Shown: in pieces, positions 1-12,900 of the stretch
How the letters are laid out: every line of letters begins with the position of its first letter
Position numbering within the stretch: the stretch's first letter is position 1
Assembly: GCA_043228905.1 (NCBI GenBank)
Contig: JBHGNT010000021.1
Coordinates: 3,472,001-3,536,000 of the forward strand
DNA length: 64,000 nucleotides
Source of the DNA: Azolla caroliniana
Taxonomy: Eukaryota > Plantae > Polypodiophyta
Direction of reading: 5' to 3'
Made by a program: the position numbers and the translations under genes
Notes under the pieces: generated by a model
What the model was told of the DNA's origin: nothing
Databases searched by the model: none
The model's input: only the letters and a program-made list of their open reading frames with translations

Positions 1-632
1 TTTCTATGCAGTTGTATCTTTTTTTCATGAGCAAGCTTGCAATCTCGATTGTGTATCAAACTTAGATGTTTCCAAATCTTGAAGTTAGAGTCGGCAAGCA
101 TAAAACAATAGAAAATTAGCACTCCAATTAAGAATTAGACATGCACACACAAAAGTGATAATTGAAACACCCCCACCCCTACCCCCCTCTCACTTTATCA
201 TTCCAAGTGTCAATGTCATTTTCTCTCCTTCTCTCACTTTCCAGCCTCTATCTTTCCGAATGGCATTTTGAACAGATTCATTATTAATGAATCCATTCCC
301 TCACACACATATATACTAAAAAAAGATTGGAATTTGGCATTGAGAATACAATTGCTTTTTCATGATTAGCTCTCTCACACCCAATTATACTTTAATCCAC
401 GCACAATTAGATATAAGATGGTTCGATGCATGGGGTCGGCAGCACTCTCTCACTCTCATTGCCATTCATGTTGCACCTCATGATTAAGAAAATGAATTGA
501 ATGGCAAATACAAAGGTTGCCTTATCATTAAATCTCAAAAGCATCTTAGGTTTACAAAAAATCTCTCGCCTACTTATTTTTATTGTATTTAAGGGAGCTT
601 CACTTTAAAGGTTCCTTTTTACATAGTGGATC

Positions 633-633
<1 letters not shown>

Positions 634-683
<50 letters not shown>

Positions 684-742
684 ACGTTTGCTTTTGTCAC
701 ATAATAAGACAAAATCAATCTCTCTCTCTCTCTCTCTCTCTC
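634..742. repeat. (GA)n tract followed by (TC)n tract upstream of the GA3ox-like gene
   Basis: About 23 GA units at 634-679 and about 12 TC units at 719-742, which are mutually inverted microsatellites. Confidence 0.95.
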
Positions 743-923
743 CCATCCCCAAGGTTCCAAACCCTTCAAATTCTTTTTATGCTTTCTTTTTGTAGCCCTT
801 GTTTTCTTCCTTGCACATCATTGCCTCTAGAAATTCTACATACTCACTTGGGTTGGTTGGTTTGTTTGTTTCTCAAGTGCCAATCCTTATTCTAATCTCT
901 CCTCCCCCCTTCCCCCCAAGGGC

Positions 924-932
924 CTATAAAAA
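924..932 (+). promoter_or_regulatory. Putative TATA box of the GA3ox-like gene
   Basis: CTATAAAAA about 160 nt upstream of ATG 1088, followed by a pyrimidine-rich leader. Confidence 0.5.
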
Positions 933-1087
933 TGCAAACACTCATTAAAGAGGAATCAGCTTATTGGTGCTTCACTTCCTTCATCTCTAGTCTTGCTTCT
1001 TTCTTCCAATACAACTGATCCCCCCTCCCAATACTTACCCCTTGTAAGACAACTTACTTTCCAAGTGTTTATCCTTTTTCTATAAGA

Positions 1088-2776
1088 ATGTCCACCACTT
1101 TGCTTTCTCGCCCAACCCCATCTCCATCCCCCTTCCCCTTCCATCAACCTCCTAAGTCATCATTCTTAGATCCAGATCCAAATCAAATTTACTCAATTCC
1201 AATTGACACCTTACCCAACTCATATATTTGGCCCGAGCAAGATAGACCTTCATGCATCCATGAAGATACATATCAATCCCCATCAAATATTCAAATACCC
1301 ATCATTGATATGAACGAGGGAGACACGTGTTCAATCATTGAGAAGCTTACTGATGCTTGTGAGAAATGGGGCATTTTCTATGTAACAAACCATGGTGTCC
1401 CCCCCAATTTAATAAACACAATGAGGGAGAAATCAATGAAGCTCTTTTCTCTTCCACTTGACATGAAAATGAGGGCTCTTAGAAAGGATGAAACTTTTGA
1501 AGGATATGGTAAGCCAGTAATTGCAAAATTCTTTAAGAAGCTCATGTGGGTTGAGGGCTTCACTATGATGGGACATCCTAGCTCATCTATAGTTGATACC
1601 ACAAATAGAATTTGTGGAGGAGAAGACAATGAATTCAGGTGTGCAATATGTTAAATGAATATATTTGTGTCCATGTAACAAACTTACAAAAACTCTTATA
1701 TGGATGGTTGAACATTAAAAAAACCTTCAATAACACAAATGTAGGTGATTTTTAGTATTGCGCTAAAACAACTTCCTTTTTTTATCAATAAAATTGGCAT
1801 ATGGGTATTAAAATCTATTATAAGGTCAGCATTGGTTGAAAGAAGTCATATGGTAGTACAAGTGAAATCATTTAAGATGTAACTTAACAATTATCCAAAT
1901 GGTCATTTATGTTGTTTGCTTTCTCTTAACTTTAATAAGTAAAACATTCTTATCTTTTGCCTATAGGGAAACATTTGAAGACTATGATGTTGCAATGAAA
2001 AAATTGTCAGGAAAGCTATTGAGTAAAATCCTTATTGGTTTGGGGATTGACATGGACCAATTTAAGAGTGAGCAATTCATTCCTGAAGAAGATTGTTATG
2101 CAGCATTACAACTTAATCACTACCCTCCATGCCCTAACCCATTGATGACCATGGGCCTTCCAGCCCACACAGACTCAACATGTCTCACCATTCTCAACCA
2201 AGGGGAGGTTACAGGATTAGAAATATATAAATATGGTGATTGGATTCGTGTACCCCCGTTGCAAGGTTCTCTTGTCATCCATGTTGGTGATATGCTTCAA
2301 GTAAGTATCTTAAACCCTCACATTTTCAATAAATTTTGTTCCTAAAAGACAAGCCCTCATTAAGTATCACACACCTAAAAAATCAAATGCTACATTTCAT
2401 GTGATGATAAGTTTCAAACAAATGTTTGTGAAATATAAACATGAATTCATGTACACTTAGGTATACAATTTTAGCTAATTTCAACTTACCTCTTCATCTT
2501 TTTAACTTCCAGGTCCTAAGTAATGACAAATACAAGAGCATTGTGCATAGGGCAATTACAAATAAGACGAGGCCTAGGCTAAGCATAGCTTATCTATGTG
2601 GGCCCCCTCTCCATAAGACTATCAACTCCCCTCATGAAGTTGTGAAATCATCATTCGAGCAACAACCTATGTATGGGCCAACAAAGTGGATAGAGTTTCT
2701 ACATGCAAAAACCATTCATTTCATGGGAACTCTAGATTACCTCAAGGCTAAATGGCATCATAGCAATTACATTTGA
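1088..2776 (+). CDS. GA3ox: Gibberellin 3-beta-dioxygenase-like 2OG-Fe(II) oxygenase, 382 aa, 3 exons
   Basis: Exons 1088-1638, 1967-2300 and 2513-2776 join in frame with GT-AG introns. It has DIOX_N motifs (ACEKWGIFYVTNHGVP), GA3ox-type KLMWVEGFT, LQLNHYPPCPNP, AHTDST (HxD), IVHRA and RLSIAYLCGPP (RxS). The substrate assignment comes from motif recall, not a database search. Confidence 0.8.
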
Positions 2777-3858
2777 GATCTAGTAGGAAACTAACACCCA
2801 TGTAATTGTTTTGTATAATACCACTTTAGAATGTTACCATGTTCATCACTAGTATTGTTTGGCATTGTATACATTTTCTATGGATAGACTTTTCATATGC
2901 ACTTGTTGCTTATCTTTCTTCTTAACTTTTGTCAAATCATTGTATCATGCAATGATGATAAAGAGTCAGTAAGGTGGTGATGTACGTGTGCCCAATGCCC
3001 ACATGGTTCACGAAAAAAAACTAGAAAAGTTTTAATGAATCAAGTCACCATAGAAATGTGTTTGTAGTCCAAGGGTTCATAAAATTGACGGGATTTAGAT
3101 AATCCAACATTCAAACATTATTTATAAATTGAATAGAGAAGGAGCTTCCAAGATATCAATTTTACAAGCATAGGAAGAAGCTAGTTGTTAAAGATCAATT
3201 TGTGCTCGAGGGGACAATTGAAGAAACATGGACAAGGTTAAAGGATTCGGACCCTTCACCTTGAAATGTCCAAGCAACTACGTTACCAACTTGTATCAAG
3301 TTGATGTCATTTGGTTTGATTTCAAATTATTTCGCTTTGGTAGTTTGCAATATATCCATTTCAAAACCGTGATTTAATTAGCTCAAAAGATCAATTGACA
3401 TAATGGTTTGTCGCCTTTATGTTTATTAATTTCATCAACCTCTTGTGAGTTATGACTTTTTGTTTTCATGTAATCAAATCGTTAGAACTTTGTTCTCACA
3501 TTTTACATTTTTTGCTTCATATTTTAAAGTGATGAGTTTCAATGTTATCGTTTATGCAAATTGATTGATAAATTTTTTACAATTTAAATGGTTTGGGTTT
3601 GACGATGTCTTAATCAATTCAGCTTAGGCTTGAGAATCTCTTAAATGGTTTAGTTTAAACGGTTTCTAAGTCATGATCACTAAAGTTTCAATTTTTTAAA
3701 ACAACTTAAGGTTGAAACTCAAAACTCTGTTTGAGTTGAACCACACTATTGCCAATAGGTCATTCACTATCAACACATTACTCTCTCTACAACAATCTTT
3801 ACTAATTTAAGCTTACAAACCTACCCTAACTATTGTAACTTTGTTATAGAAAGAGTAA

Positions 3859-5116
3859 TGTATTGTTCCTTTGTGCCCCCCTTTTAGCACGCCCTTTTTA
3901 GCTAAGCCAACCCAAATGTGTACCTTTGTATAAACTATAAATTGAGTAAGAAGTAAGAAGCTAACTAGGTTGGTTTTCATCTCTTATGTGCAGTTCACAT
4001 ATTGGTGGAGAAGCGGGCACCAGTTCCCCACGTCCAAGTATCCACCTCTTCCCCCTCACCTTAGGTTGCCCACTAACTTCTTGTCCCACGAGTTTCTCCA
4101 ATCCCCTTCCTACATGATAGCCCTCCTGTCCCCCACATCAATCAAGTCTAGGTGTCCCTCAGTCCCCAAGAGCGATTGATCTCTATCCTCTTGTAGCCCT
4201 CATGTCCCCCACCTTAACCAAGTCCAGGTGACCCTCAGTCCATAGGATTGATTGATCTCTATCCGCCTATAGCCCTCTTGTCTCCCACCTCTACCAAGTC
4301 TAAGTGGCCCTCAGTCCACAAGAGGGATTGATCTCTATCCGCCAATTGTTAGCTCGTTTTCCGTCACTAACCTCGTCCAAGTGGCCCTCAGTCCACATGA
4401 GGGATTGATCTCTATCCGCCAATTGCTAGCTCGTTTTCCGTCACTAGCCTCGTCCAAGTGGCCCTTAGTCCACAGGAGGGATTGATCTCTATCCTCCAAT
4501 TGATAACTTGTTTTCCGTCACTAGCCCCGTCCAACTATCATCTGATCAGGGTCACCAGTTCCATGGAGATCTCCTCAATGTCGTTGCAGCTCAACTCGGT
4601 GTCCAGTAGATGTTTACGTCCCCATACCATCCTCAGACAAATGGCCTCACCAAACGCCTCAACAAGACCCTCAAGAAGGAAATTGCCGCTTACATTGATC
4701 CATGCCACAAAACCTAGGATCAAATCTTGCCTTTGATCACCCACGCCTACAATACATCTGTATAGGCGTCAACACAAATCAACCCTTTTCGAGCACTCTA
4801 TGGGCGTAACCCTCACCTCCCACTAGAATCATCCATTGATGTACATTCAAAACCTACCAACATGGATACCACTTGGGGGGCTCTATCTCCACAGATGCTC
4901 CCCCTCCTTCAACAAGCATTGCTCCTATTCCTGTTCCTGCTCCTCAGTCTCTTGTTTCTCTCAAGGGGGAAATGTGGTGTGCGTGTGTTCCTTTGTCCCT
5001 TTTAGCACACCCTTTTTAGCTAAGCCAACCCAAATGGGTACCTTTGTATAAACTATAAAATGAGTAAGAACAAGAAGCTAACTAGGCTGGTTTTGATCTC
5101 TTATATGCATTTCACA
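3859..5116 (+). mobile_element. Short-LTR (TRIM-like or internally deleted) Ty3/gypsy element
   Basis: Direct repeats of about 140 bp at 3859-3999 and 4973-5116 (TG...TTCACA). PBS TGGTGGAGAAGCGGG at 4003 is tRNA-Ala-like. A purine tract AAGGGGGAAA precedes LTR2. An integrase-core remnant at about 4532-4830 (SDQGHQF...TSPYHPQTNGL...HAYNTS...PFRALYGRNP) has 3 stops. No clear TSD. Confidence 0.8.
4120..4535. repeat. 76-77 bp tandem repeat (about 5.5 copies) inside the short-LTR element
   Basis: The CCCTCAGTCC...GATTGATCTCTATCC core recurs at 4156, 4232, 4308, 4385 and 4462. Confidence 0.9.
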
Positions 5117-5169
5117 ATGTCAAAATGAATTATTATTTATCATCTATTAGCAAACACAAGCAATTCATA

Positions 5170-6007
5170 TGCACATATGTAATCATGAAAACACATGGGT
5201 ACGTAAGGTTAGTTGGGACCCTTTGCAATGGACGTGGCATGATCCTTATGCGAGTCAAGGAAGCAAAGCCATCCCTTTCTTCCAAGTCATGACTACATTG
5301 GGTTGCCACCTTCTAACCGCTCAAACCGCCCGCAAGCCAACTGCTGCAAAGGTATGGCACACATATCATGTTCCTCATACAATTATCACGAAGTTTTGGT
5401 AGAAAATCTGGACACAACAACATGCTAGGCGAATTACCATGTTCCAATGGCTATTAATACATAAGTCACTACCGGTTGGAGTGTGGCAACATGGGAACCT
5501 TAGCTCTCCTAATTCTATAGTGTGCCCAAATGCAACAAAATCAATCTGACACACTTTGTGGGACTGCCTAGAGACTCATCGAATATGGGGGGGGGGGGGG
5601 GGGTTGGCCGCCTATTGCAAGTATGCTAGGTGCAAGGCACAATCAAGTGGAGAAATGTATGTTGGTTATCATGGTAGGCCCTAGTTGACATATATGAACA
5701 TCATGAAAAGGGGATAACTTTGGTGATAAATGCACAAGAGGTTCTTTTTTCCACCATCAACAATATCCACTCAACTCCTATTAATGTCAAACCTCAAGTT
5801 GTGTTGGAATTGGTCAGCCCAATAACTCTTTGGATTCTATGGAAACAGCGATGTAGACGAGTCTTCTCCAACCAAACCATGCATCCAATAACGTTAATGC
5901 AAGAGATATGGCGTGAATTTGTAGCTATTGTAAAGAGGCAATATGATGGCTCATGGTCGGATCACATAAGATGGAACTATCGTGTCCCTACAAGGATTTG
6001 TATATAA
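5170..6007 (+). mobile_element. Degenerate LINE (L1/Tx1-like) ORF2 3' remnant
   Basis: zf-RVT-like FW*KIW...FQWLLIHKSLPVG...C...HTLWDC...RIW, then LWILWKQRCRRVF. Contains stops and a G-run. Confidence 0.7.
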
Positions 6008-6780
6008 CAATCCGATCTGTAAAATTTTATAACTAATGGAAGAAGTTTTTTTGGAGAAAAAAAAAGAACAATTCATATGCAACACAAAAGTCATCTAGCA
6101 TTTTGTGTAGACTTGATAGGGTGATACGAACTTGGTCGTGTAGTTGCCAACACACTAGGAAGTCTAGAGCGCAAATCCATTTACCTTGTGCTTGTTTCAT
6201 CAACACTTTTTTGCACACAACATTGTACCAACTAGATAAATATTATTTATAATTGAATATTGCAATCAAGGGAGTTTTCAGCATGCCTTCAAAACTAATG
6301 ATATAAATGGCATAGTCATATAGATTGGTGAATTTGTGCTAACCATATAAAAAGCATCTCTTTTTTAACCATTCAAGGTTAGTTGGCTTAGCTATAAAAC
6401 TCAATGAGCAACTTAATGTATGTCGCCAAGTTATTTTATTCCATCCAATTTGAAATGTAATTATGATCCCTTTCCTCTCTCAATGATAGAACAATCCGAA
6501 GTTGTGATCCATTTTCCATGAAGTCGTCTAGAATTCCAAAACTTGGCTAGACTTAGTTAAGAAGCAAACATAATATTGATGAGTCCTTACACAGGGTTTT
6601 CTTCTTCAATTTCGAATATATTGACAATTCATACCCTCGAGTCACCAACAAGATTACAAAGTTACTCAAACTAGTTTGTAATTTGGTTCTTAATAGAAAC
6701 TTGTTTCTCTACAAGTCCTATAATTATGTCAATCTCGATGCTTGTGCAAATGTACATGTTACCTCATGAAGTCATATGTG

Positions 6781-7040
6781 GTCTCTCTCAACTTAGAAGT
6801 TATTGAAAGCCCCATGAGTAAATTTCTAAAACGGATTATTATGCCTCCATTTTTTTCTTGGAGACTCTCAAATTACAACTACAAGTTATGGAAAGCCCCA
6901 TGAGTAAATTTCTAAAAGGAATTATGCTTCCATTTCTTTCTTGGAGTCTCTCTCAAATTACAAGTTAGGGAAGGCCCCCATTAGTAGAGAGCATAAATTA
7001 AGTATCAATTTCTAAATGAGATTACATCTCCATTTTTTCT
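6781..7040. repeat. About 80-85 bp degenerate tandem repeat (3 copies)
   Basis: Recurring AAGTTA..GAAAGCCCCATGAGTAAATTTCTAAA...CCATTTT..CTTGGAG. Confidence 0.8.
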
Positions 7041-7267
7041 TTACCTTATGAAAGGCAAATAATCTAGAATTTTTACGTTATATTATATCAGACATCATGT
7101 ACAATGTTGTTGCAACTAAATTGATCTTTCTTCGTACATTTATTTCCACCATTGATATCAATTATTGCGAAATACATGATAATGCATTATCTATTACCTG
7201 ATAATACATGATAATGCATTATCTATTACCTGATAATACATGATAATGCGAAATACATGATAATACA

Positions 7268-8005
7268 AAATGAAGCAAATTTTCTATAAACATGGAATCT
7301 GAAAATGGACAAATGGTTGATGTTGAAAATGAAGCAGATTTTCTATAAAGATGGTGTTGGAGGGTGAAGCAGTTTTTTATGACTGTCTGAGGAGAGTGAT
7401 TCATTCGATTTTTTGAGGGTGTATATAATATTATACTTTATTATATTTATTGTTTGATGTCTATATGTTAGGATGTTTGATGGAATCTGCAAATGGACAG
7501 ATGGTTGATGTTGAAAATGAAGCAGATTTTCATAAAGATGGTGTTGGAGGGTGAAGCAGTTTTTTAGGAGTGTTTGAGGAGAGTGATTCATTCGATTTTT
7601 TGATGGTGTAGGGGCTGAAGCATACTTTCATGAGGGGAGAAGGAGAGCACATTGGATGTTGGTCATCGCGTCTTCCAATCTCAAGGACCTTCGTAGTAAA
7701 AGATGACATTGTTGATATGGACAACGAAGCACATTATCTATTTCTGACAAGGATGAGTGACGATGGTGTCGGGGGCAGAAGCATAATTTCATGAGGGGAT
7801 CCGGAGAGTAGTGTCATTATGTTTTTTGTATGTACAGGGTTTTGGTGGTCTACGACGAGAGATGGTTGAGGTGGACTTTGGTGGTAATCGGCTAGATGTT
7901 GGATGGGGAAAATAAAACAGATTCTTGTTTGATAAGGATGAGTTGTGAGGTTGGCGGGGGTTGAAGCACACTTCACGATGGGAGAGTAGACGCATTTTCT
8001 TTTTT
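7268..8005 (+). repeat. Degenerate satellite, same family as 43140-44192
   Basis: Recurring GATGGTTGATGT.GAAAATGAAGCA and AAGGATGAGTGACGATGGTGTCGG...CATGAGGGGAT. Confidence 0.85.
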
Positions 8006-8329
8006 TGTTTTATGAGTGTTGATGTTGTGGACTTGGAAGGTTTTTCTTGAGGGTCAACGACAATACATGTTTTGAAGCTTGGAGATTTTTAATGTTTTTA
8101 AGACACAACAACTCAGGCCAAATGTGTTGATGTCATCGGAAGACATTGATTGACTTCAGACATTGGAATTAGTTGATAAAGTGATCACATTACAGGATTT
8201 ATGAGGTTGGTTGATTTTGTAGGCATTTTTGTTGTCCAAGGTTGAGGGCTAATGTGGAAAAAAGAAGTTCGAAAAAACTGGATACTCTGAGATGTTGTTT
8301 ATATGTTGACTATGGTCTTCAGATGACAA

Positions 8330-8710
8330 GGGGCAAAGGAAGATGTGTTTCAGACACTTCTAACTACAAATGTAGCCATTTGGAATGCAATCATGAGAAA
8401 ATGGACTTGTTTTTACATGCTAGAGATTGTTTTTCCTTTACATGTGGTCTCCTAGCTTGCCGTAGCAAAGGCTTGTGGAAGTGTAGAAGCTATTGACAAG
8501 GGAAAAGCGGATATGGCTCTTGTGGATAATGATATAATGGTATTGGGCAATGCTTCAATGGACATGTATGACAAATGTGGTGGGTTTGGAACAGCCAAGG
8601 AAGTGCTGGAAAAGTTTGTTTTTCATTATAACATATGTCCAGCATGGACAAGGCCACAAAGCACTCGATTCATTTGAACAAATGCAAAGCATGGGCATTT
8701 CTCTGATTTG
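8330..8710 (+). pseudogene. PLS-class PPR remnant
   Basis: Frameshifted motif pieces: DVFQTLLTTNVAIWNAIM, KACGSVEAIDKGK, LGNASMDMYDKCG and YVQHGQGHKALDSFEQMQSMGIS. Confidence 0.75.
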
Positions 8711-9029
8711 GATAATGGTATGGTATCATTGTAATTTCTTTGCCTATAAAGATTGGCAAGGGGGGTTTTTTCTTACTTATCTTACCTAGAAAGACTAGCT
8801 AGAGTCATTCGGCATGGCTTTACAATATTTGAAGTAATATTAGCCTATTTTGTACATGGCCTTTGGCCACTTTCATTTTAATACCAATGGAGGATATTTT
8901 TTCAGGAAAAAAAATAAATGCATTATCTATTACCCATACACCCATCGAAGGGCTCCCTCCATTCCAATTTTCCAAACTTGCTGATGTAGAAATACATTTC
9001 CGAGAAAACAATTTCTTTCATCCTTCACA

Positions 9030-9070
9030 TGGTAGCCTGTGATGAGAGGGTTATGGGTTCAAACCCACAA
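9030..9070 (+). other. Possible tRNA-derived SINE head remnant (B-box)
   Basis: GAGAGGGTTATGGGTTCAAACCC resembles a tRNA T-arm/B-box. No cloverleaf or A-box was recognised. Confidence 0.25.
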
Positions 9071-9955
9071 CGTGTTTCACATGTGTGGACATCAATGGTC
9101 ATGCACATTGCTCAAGCAATAAAGATGAAATTCCCATAATAGAATATTAGGGTAATCACTCCCTTTCTGATGGATCAGTAAAGATCTAAATCCATCAAGA
9201 CACGTGAGAAGGTCAAAGATGCTGAGAACATGATTCTAGAAAAGTGTTTGTTTGGTTAATTACAGTATAATTATAGTGTTTGTTTGGAGATAAGCAACAA
9301 GATTAGCCAAGCACGTCTTGAGGTTGAGCTTCTATAGATAACAAAAGAGTAAGTTCCTCTCGCGTAAAACAATGGCAATTGCTAAATATCGACACTAAAA
9401 TGTTGTAACCATGACCCATGGATAAACTAATATACATTACAACCACCCTCCTATTAAAACAGCCCAAACCCACTAAATATGGCAGCTCTTAACAATAATG
9501 ACAAGACTAATCACTCAGAAATCAGATGAATCAAGTAGTTCTCATCAAAAAGTGAAATCTCTTATTCCCTGTTGTATGAGTGCAACAATCAATCTCAAAG
9601 ATAAAATCATTACAAAACAAAATTTAAATGTTCTCTATAGACATGCTACCTAGTTCACATTTGGTACCACAATGACACTAAAAAAAGTTATTGGGCACTT
9701 TGAATGGCATTCTTTAAGCTCCAATACCCATATTGCATGTAGAAATAAAAAGGACAACATAATAAGAAATGTACTTCAATTATGTCCAACTATTCTTTCA
9801 TTGGGAGGAAACTTGTATAACAAAGCTTGGTGTGTATGTATCATCCTTATTTACATTTCAGCACCATCTTGAAAAGAATATCTAAGAAAAATATAGACAG
9901 AATATATTACAAAGATCAAGCATGTCGAGAAGCTATTGGCTATTACTAAAACTTT

Positions 9956-12900
9956 TCAAGAGAAAGCAGGACAACCGTATACTTCAATGCCAGGGGCAGT
10001 GGGGCATGACGCGAATGGACAATTATCAAGATTTGCCCCCCACCACTGAAGAGAGATGTCCTCCCACCCTAAAAATATATATAACATTATCCCCATAAAA
10101 GCAAGTCCTGCATCTAAGCCTCCAGACAACACATAGTTATACCGTTGCCACCATGCTTTTCTGTATCGGAATATGACAAAACTAAAGAGAAACCCCATTA
10201 CACACCAACTGGTGAAATTGACTGCAGTGGCAGGTGGCATCATGCCGGTAGCACCAATTAAAATGGGCATATTGATTAGCCTTATCCATTTCTGATTCGG
10301 AAAACGTCGGCACAATAGCCATACTAAAAAAGGAGCAATTGCCCCAATAACGAAAAACCAATTCACAGAAGAGTAAAGGCCAAGGTCACCAAAAATTCGC
10401 CGTGGACCAATAAGCCCCCATATGACAGATGCATCAAAGAAGACACGATCGCCAGGACATGTCCAAGGACTATTAGAAGGCAATATAGCTTGATCGCATA
10501 TTCCAGGAATATTCTCAATCATATACCATGCTGTTACTAAATAGGATACAGCTGCAACAGCTGTTCCTACCAGCTGCACAATTCAAAACATTTAAGTGCC
10601 ATTTCAATCATACGTTGACCACAGTAATCACACACAACAAAAGAGCATTTGTTCTTTTTGGCTTTTGAGAGAATTTTCTTTGTACTTTTTTCGACAGCAT
10701 TTCATTGTTCTTCATTCAAGAGCATTGCATTTGCTCTTTCTTTGAGTTGCATTTTCATTCATGTATTAAAGCATTTCTTTTGTTTGGTTTTTAAAATGCA
10801 TTTCATTGGTTGCTGGTTCTTTCTCAAGAACATTACTTTGGTTCCTTTTTCGAGAAGGTTTCTGTGGTTCTTTTTTCAACTGCATTTCCTTCTTTATTTT
10901 TTCCACAGCATTTCATTTCTTTTTTTGTGAAAGCATTTCATTCTTTCTTTTTTCTTTCATTTTCTGGGGATAAATGTATATAGATGGATACCTGGGCCAT
11001 GAACATTGCTCGAGGAGGAACTTTCATGTAGTGCCCAAGCTTGAAATCTTGCAGGAATTCAAGTGCTTGTGACATGCTAATATATCCATAAACTTTGAAG
11101 CATACATTAGCGACTGGGTGTCCAGGATAAAGATAACCAATCAAATACTCGGTAATAATGTTGATGCCAGGTGACTGAAAATCATCAACACACACGAGTG
11201 AAATTAGTAAAGAGAAGTAAAGATTTTCCCAAACAAACTAGTGAAAATAGAAGAGAAAAAATATCAATTTCCCCAGCCCATGAATGAGGTCAGGATAAAA
11301 GCATTGTTTTCTCAACATATGAGTCTCTAAAGGATAAAAAGCATTGAAAACCCAAATTGTTTACTTTATTTAATCACCTGATTTGTTGTTGCTCTTATTA
11401 TCCCAATTGGTAGAGTGAATAGAAATGCAATAATACAAGCCAAAATCACACCCCACCACGGCAGTTGCAACTGCTCATTATAGGTCTCACAAGCAGCTAC
11501 TGCAATGCCAATGGTCACAACAAGAATGCCCAAGAACCATGATTGAGGAACTTGCTTATATTGCCTCATAAGACGTGTATGAACATCGACATTTCGAACC
11601 TTGAAAGCAGCTCTGCTCAGCTCCAAAATATCTCTACACATCAACAAATTTACACTATATTGAATGTCCGTTCAAAAGTGTTCATCATCTTAAACTGCAA
11701 CATGTAATATGGTTGGAAAATGAGATTCAACCTCAAACCATAAACCTTTATAACATGTCCTTTGCTCTCACAATAAACTGTCTCTCGCGATTATTGTTTT
11801 ATTGGACTCATTAGTATGGTCAAGAAGCTAAACCTGTTCCTAAAGCCATCTACCATAATTGCCACATAACTTTACCCACTAATGTTGCACAGTTGGTGAG
11901 AATAACAAACTGGTAAAGGAAACAAGAGTCATATAAAATTCACCTGCCATGGAAGAGTATCACATGAACAACAGTGGCACTGAGAGCTGCAAATCCAATA
12001 CCATATGAAAAGACAAAGAAGGTGCTGAGATGTAATGGTCCATAAGCAGAGTAAGCTGCTTGATCGAGCTGGAAATTTGCATCGATAATCTTTGAGATGT
12101 TGTAAGGTTGACCCGATCCAGTAAAGAGCCGGTCTGAGAAGATAGGAAATTTTCTTGCTTCAAAGACATTTGAGAAATAAGTTAATGGAGTGACTATATA
12201 AACAACAAGGACATAGCCAGCTAGGACATTAGCTATGGCAAACCATGGAGAGGCAAGAGGACTTCCAAGATAGGATGATACTGCCGACCAGTCAAGGCCG
12301 ATTGCACCAAACCCAAGGCCAGAGAGACCAGAGCCCAACTGCTGAGCTAATACAGATTGTGGGTATACCCAACAAAGCCATGATAGGGAGGTAAGCATTG
12401 GGAATAGGTATCCTGGTAGAAGATAATATGCAAAACTGCACACCAATGTAAGAGCAAAAAATTGGTTCCTTGTCAATCCTCCCTTGGGCCGATTGTCTTT
12501 TTCATGCAAAGCCCTGTGAAAGGAAAGATTAGTCCATATTAGTGTCGTGATATCTCTAATGCATCAATTTTCTAACATATAGCTTAGTCCCTAATCCATA
12601 AATCCGTTTTCATATCTTTCAGTCTTTAACACATCAATGTGTTAGAGAATGAATGGTCTGAAATATCCATGTCCATCAATCCTCTTTCATATCATTCAGT
12701 TTCTAACTTATCAGAGCATTAAAGAATGAATGGTCTGAAGTATCCATGCTTGTGAGATCTCTAACACAACATTCCTCTTTAATATCATTCAGTCTCTAGC
12801 ATATCAATGCTTTAGAGAATGAATGGCCCAAAGAATCAATGCATTAGAGAGTAATCTAAAGGATCCATCCATTAGAGAATAAATGGCCCAGAGGATCCAT

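Noticed and set aside
4120-4535. Constant-plus-variable repeat resembling a CRISPR array
   Set aside because: The variable parts are themselves repeated, there are no cas genes, and it lies inside a eukaryotic LTR element.
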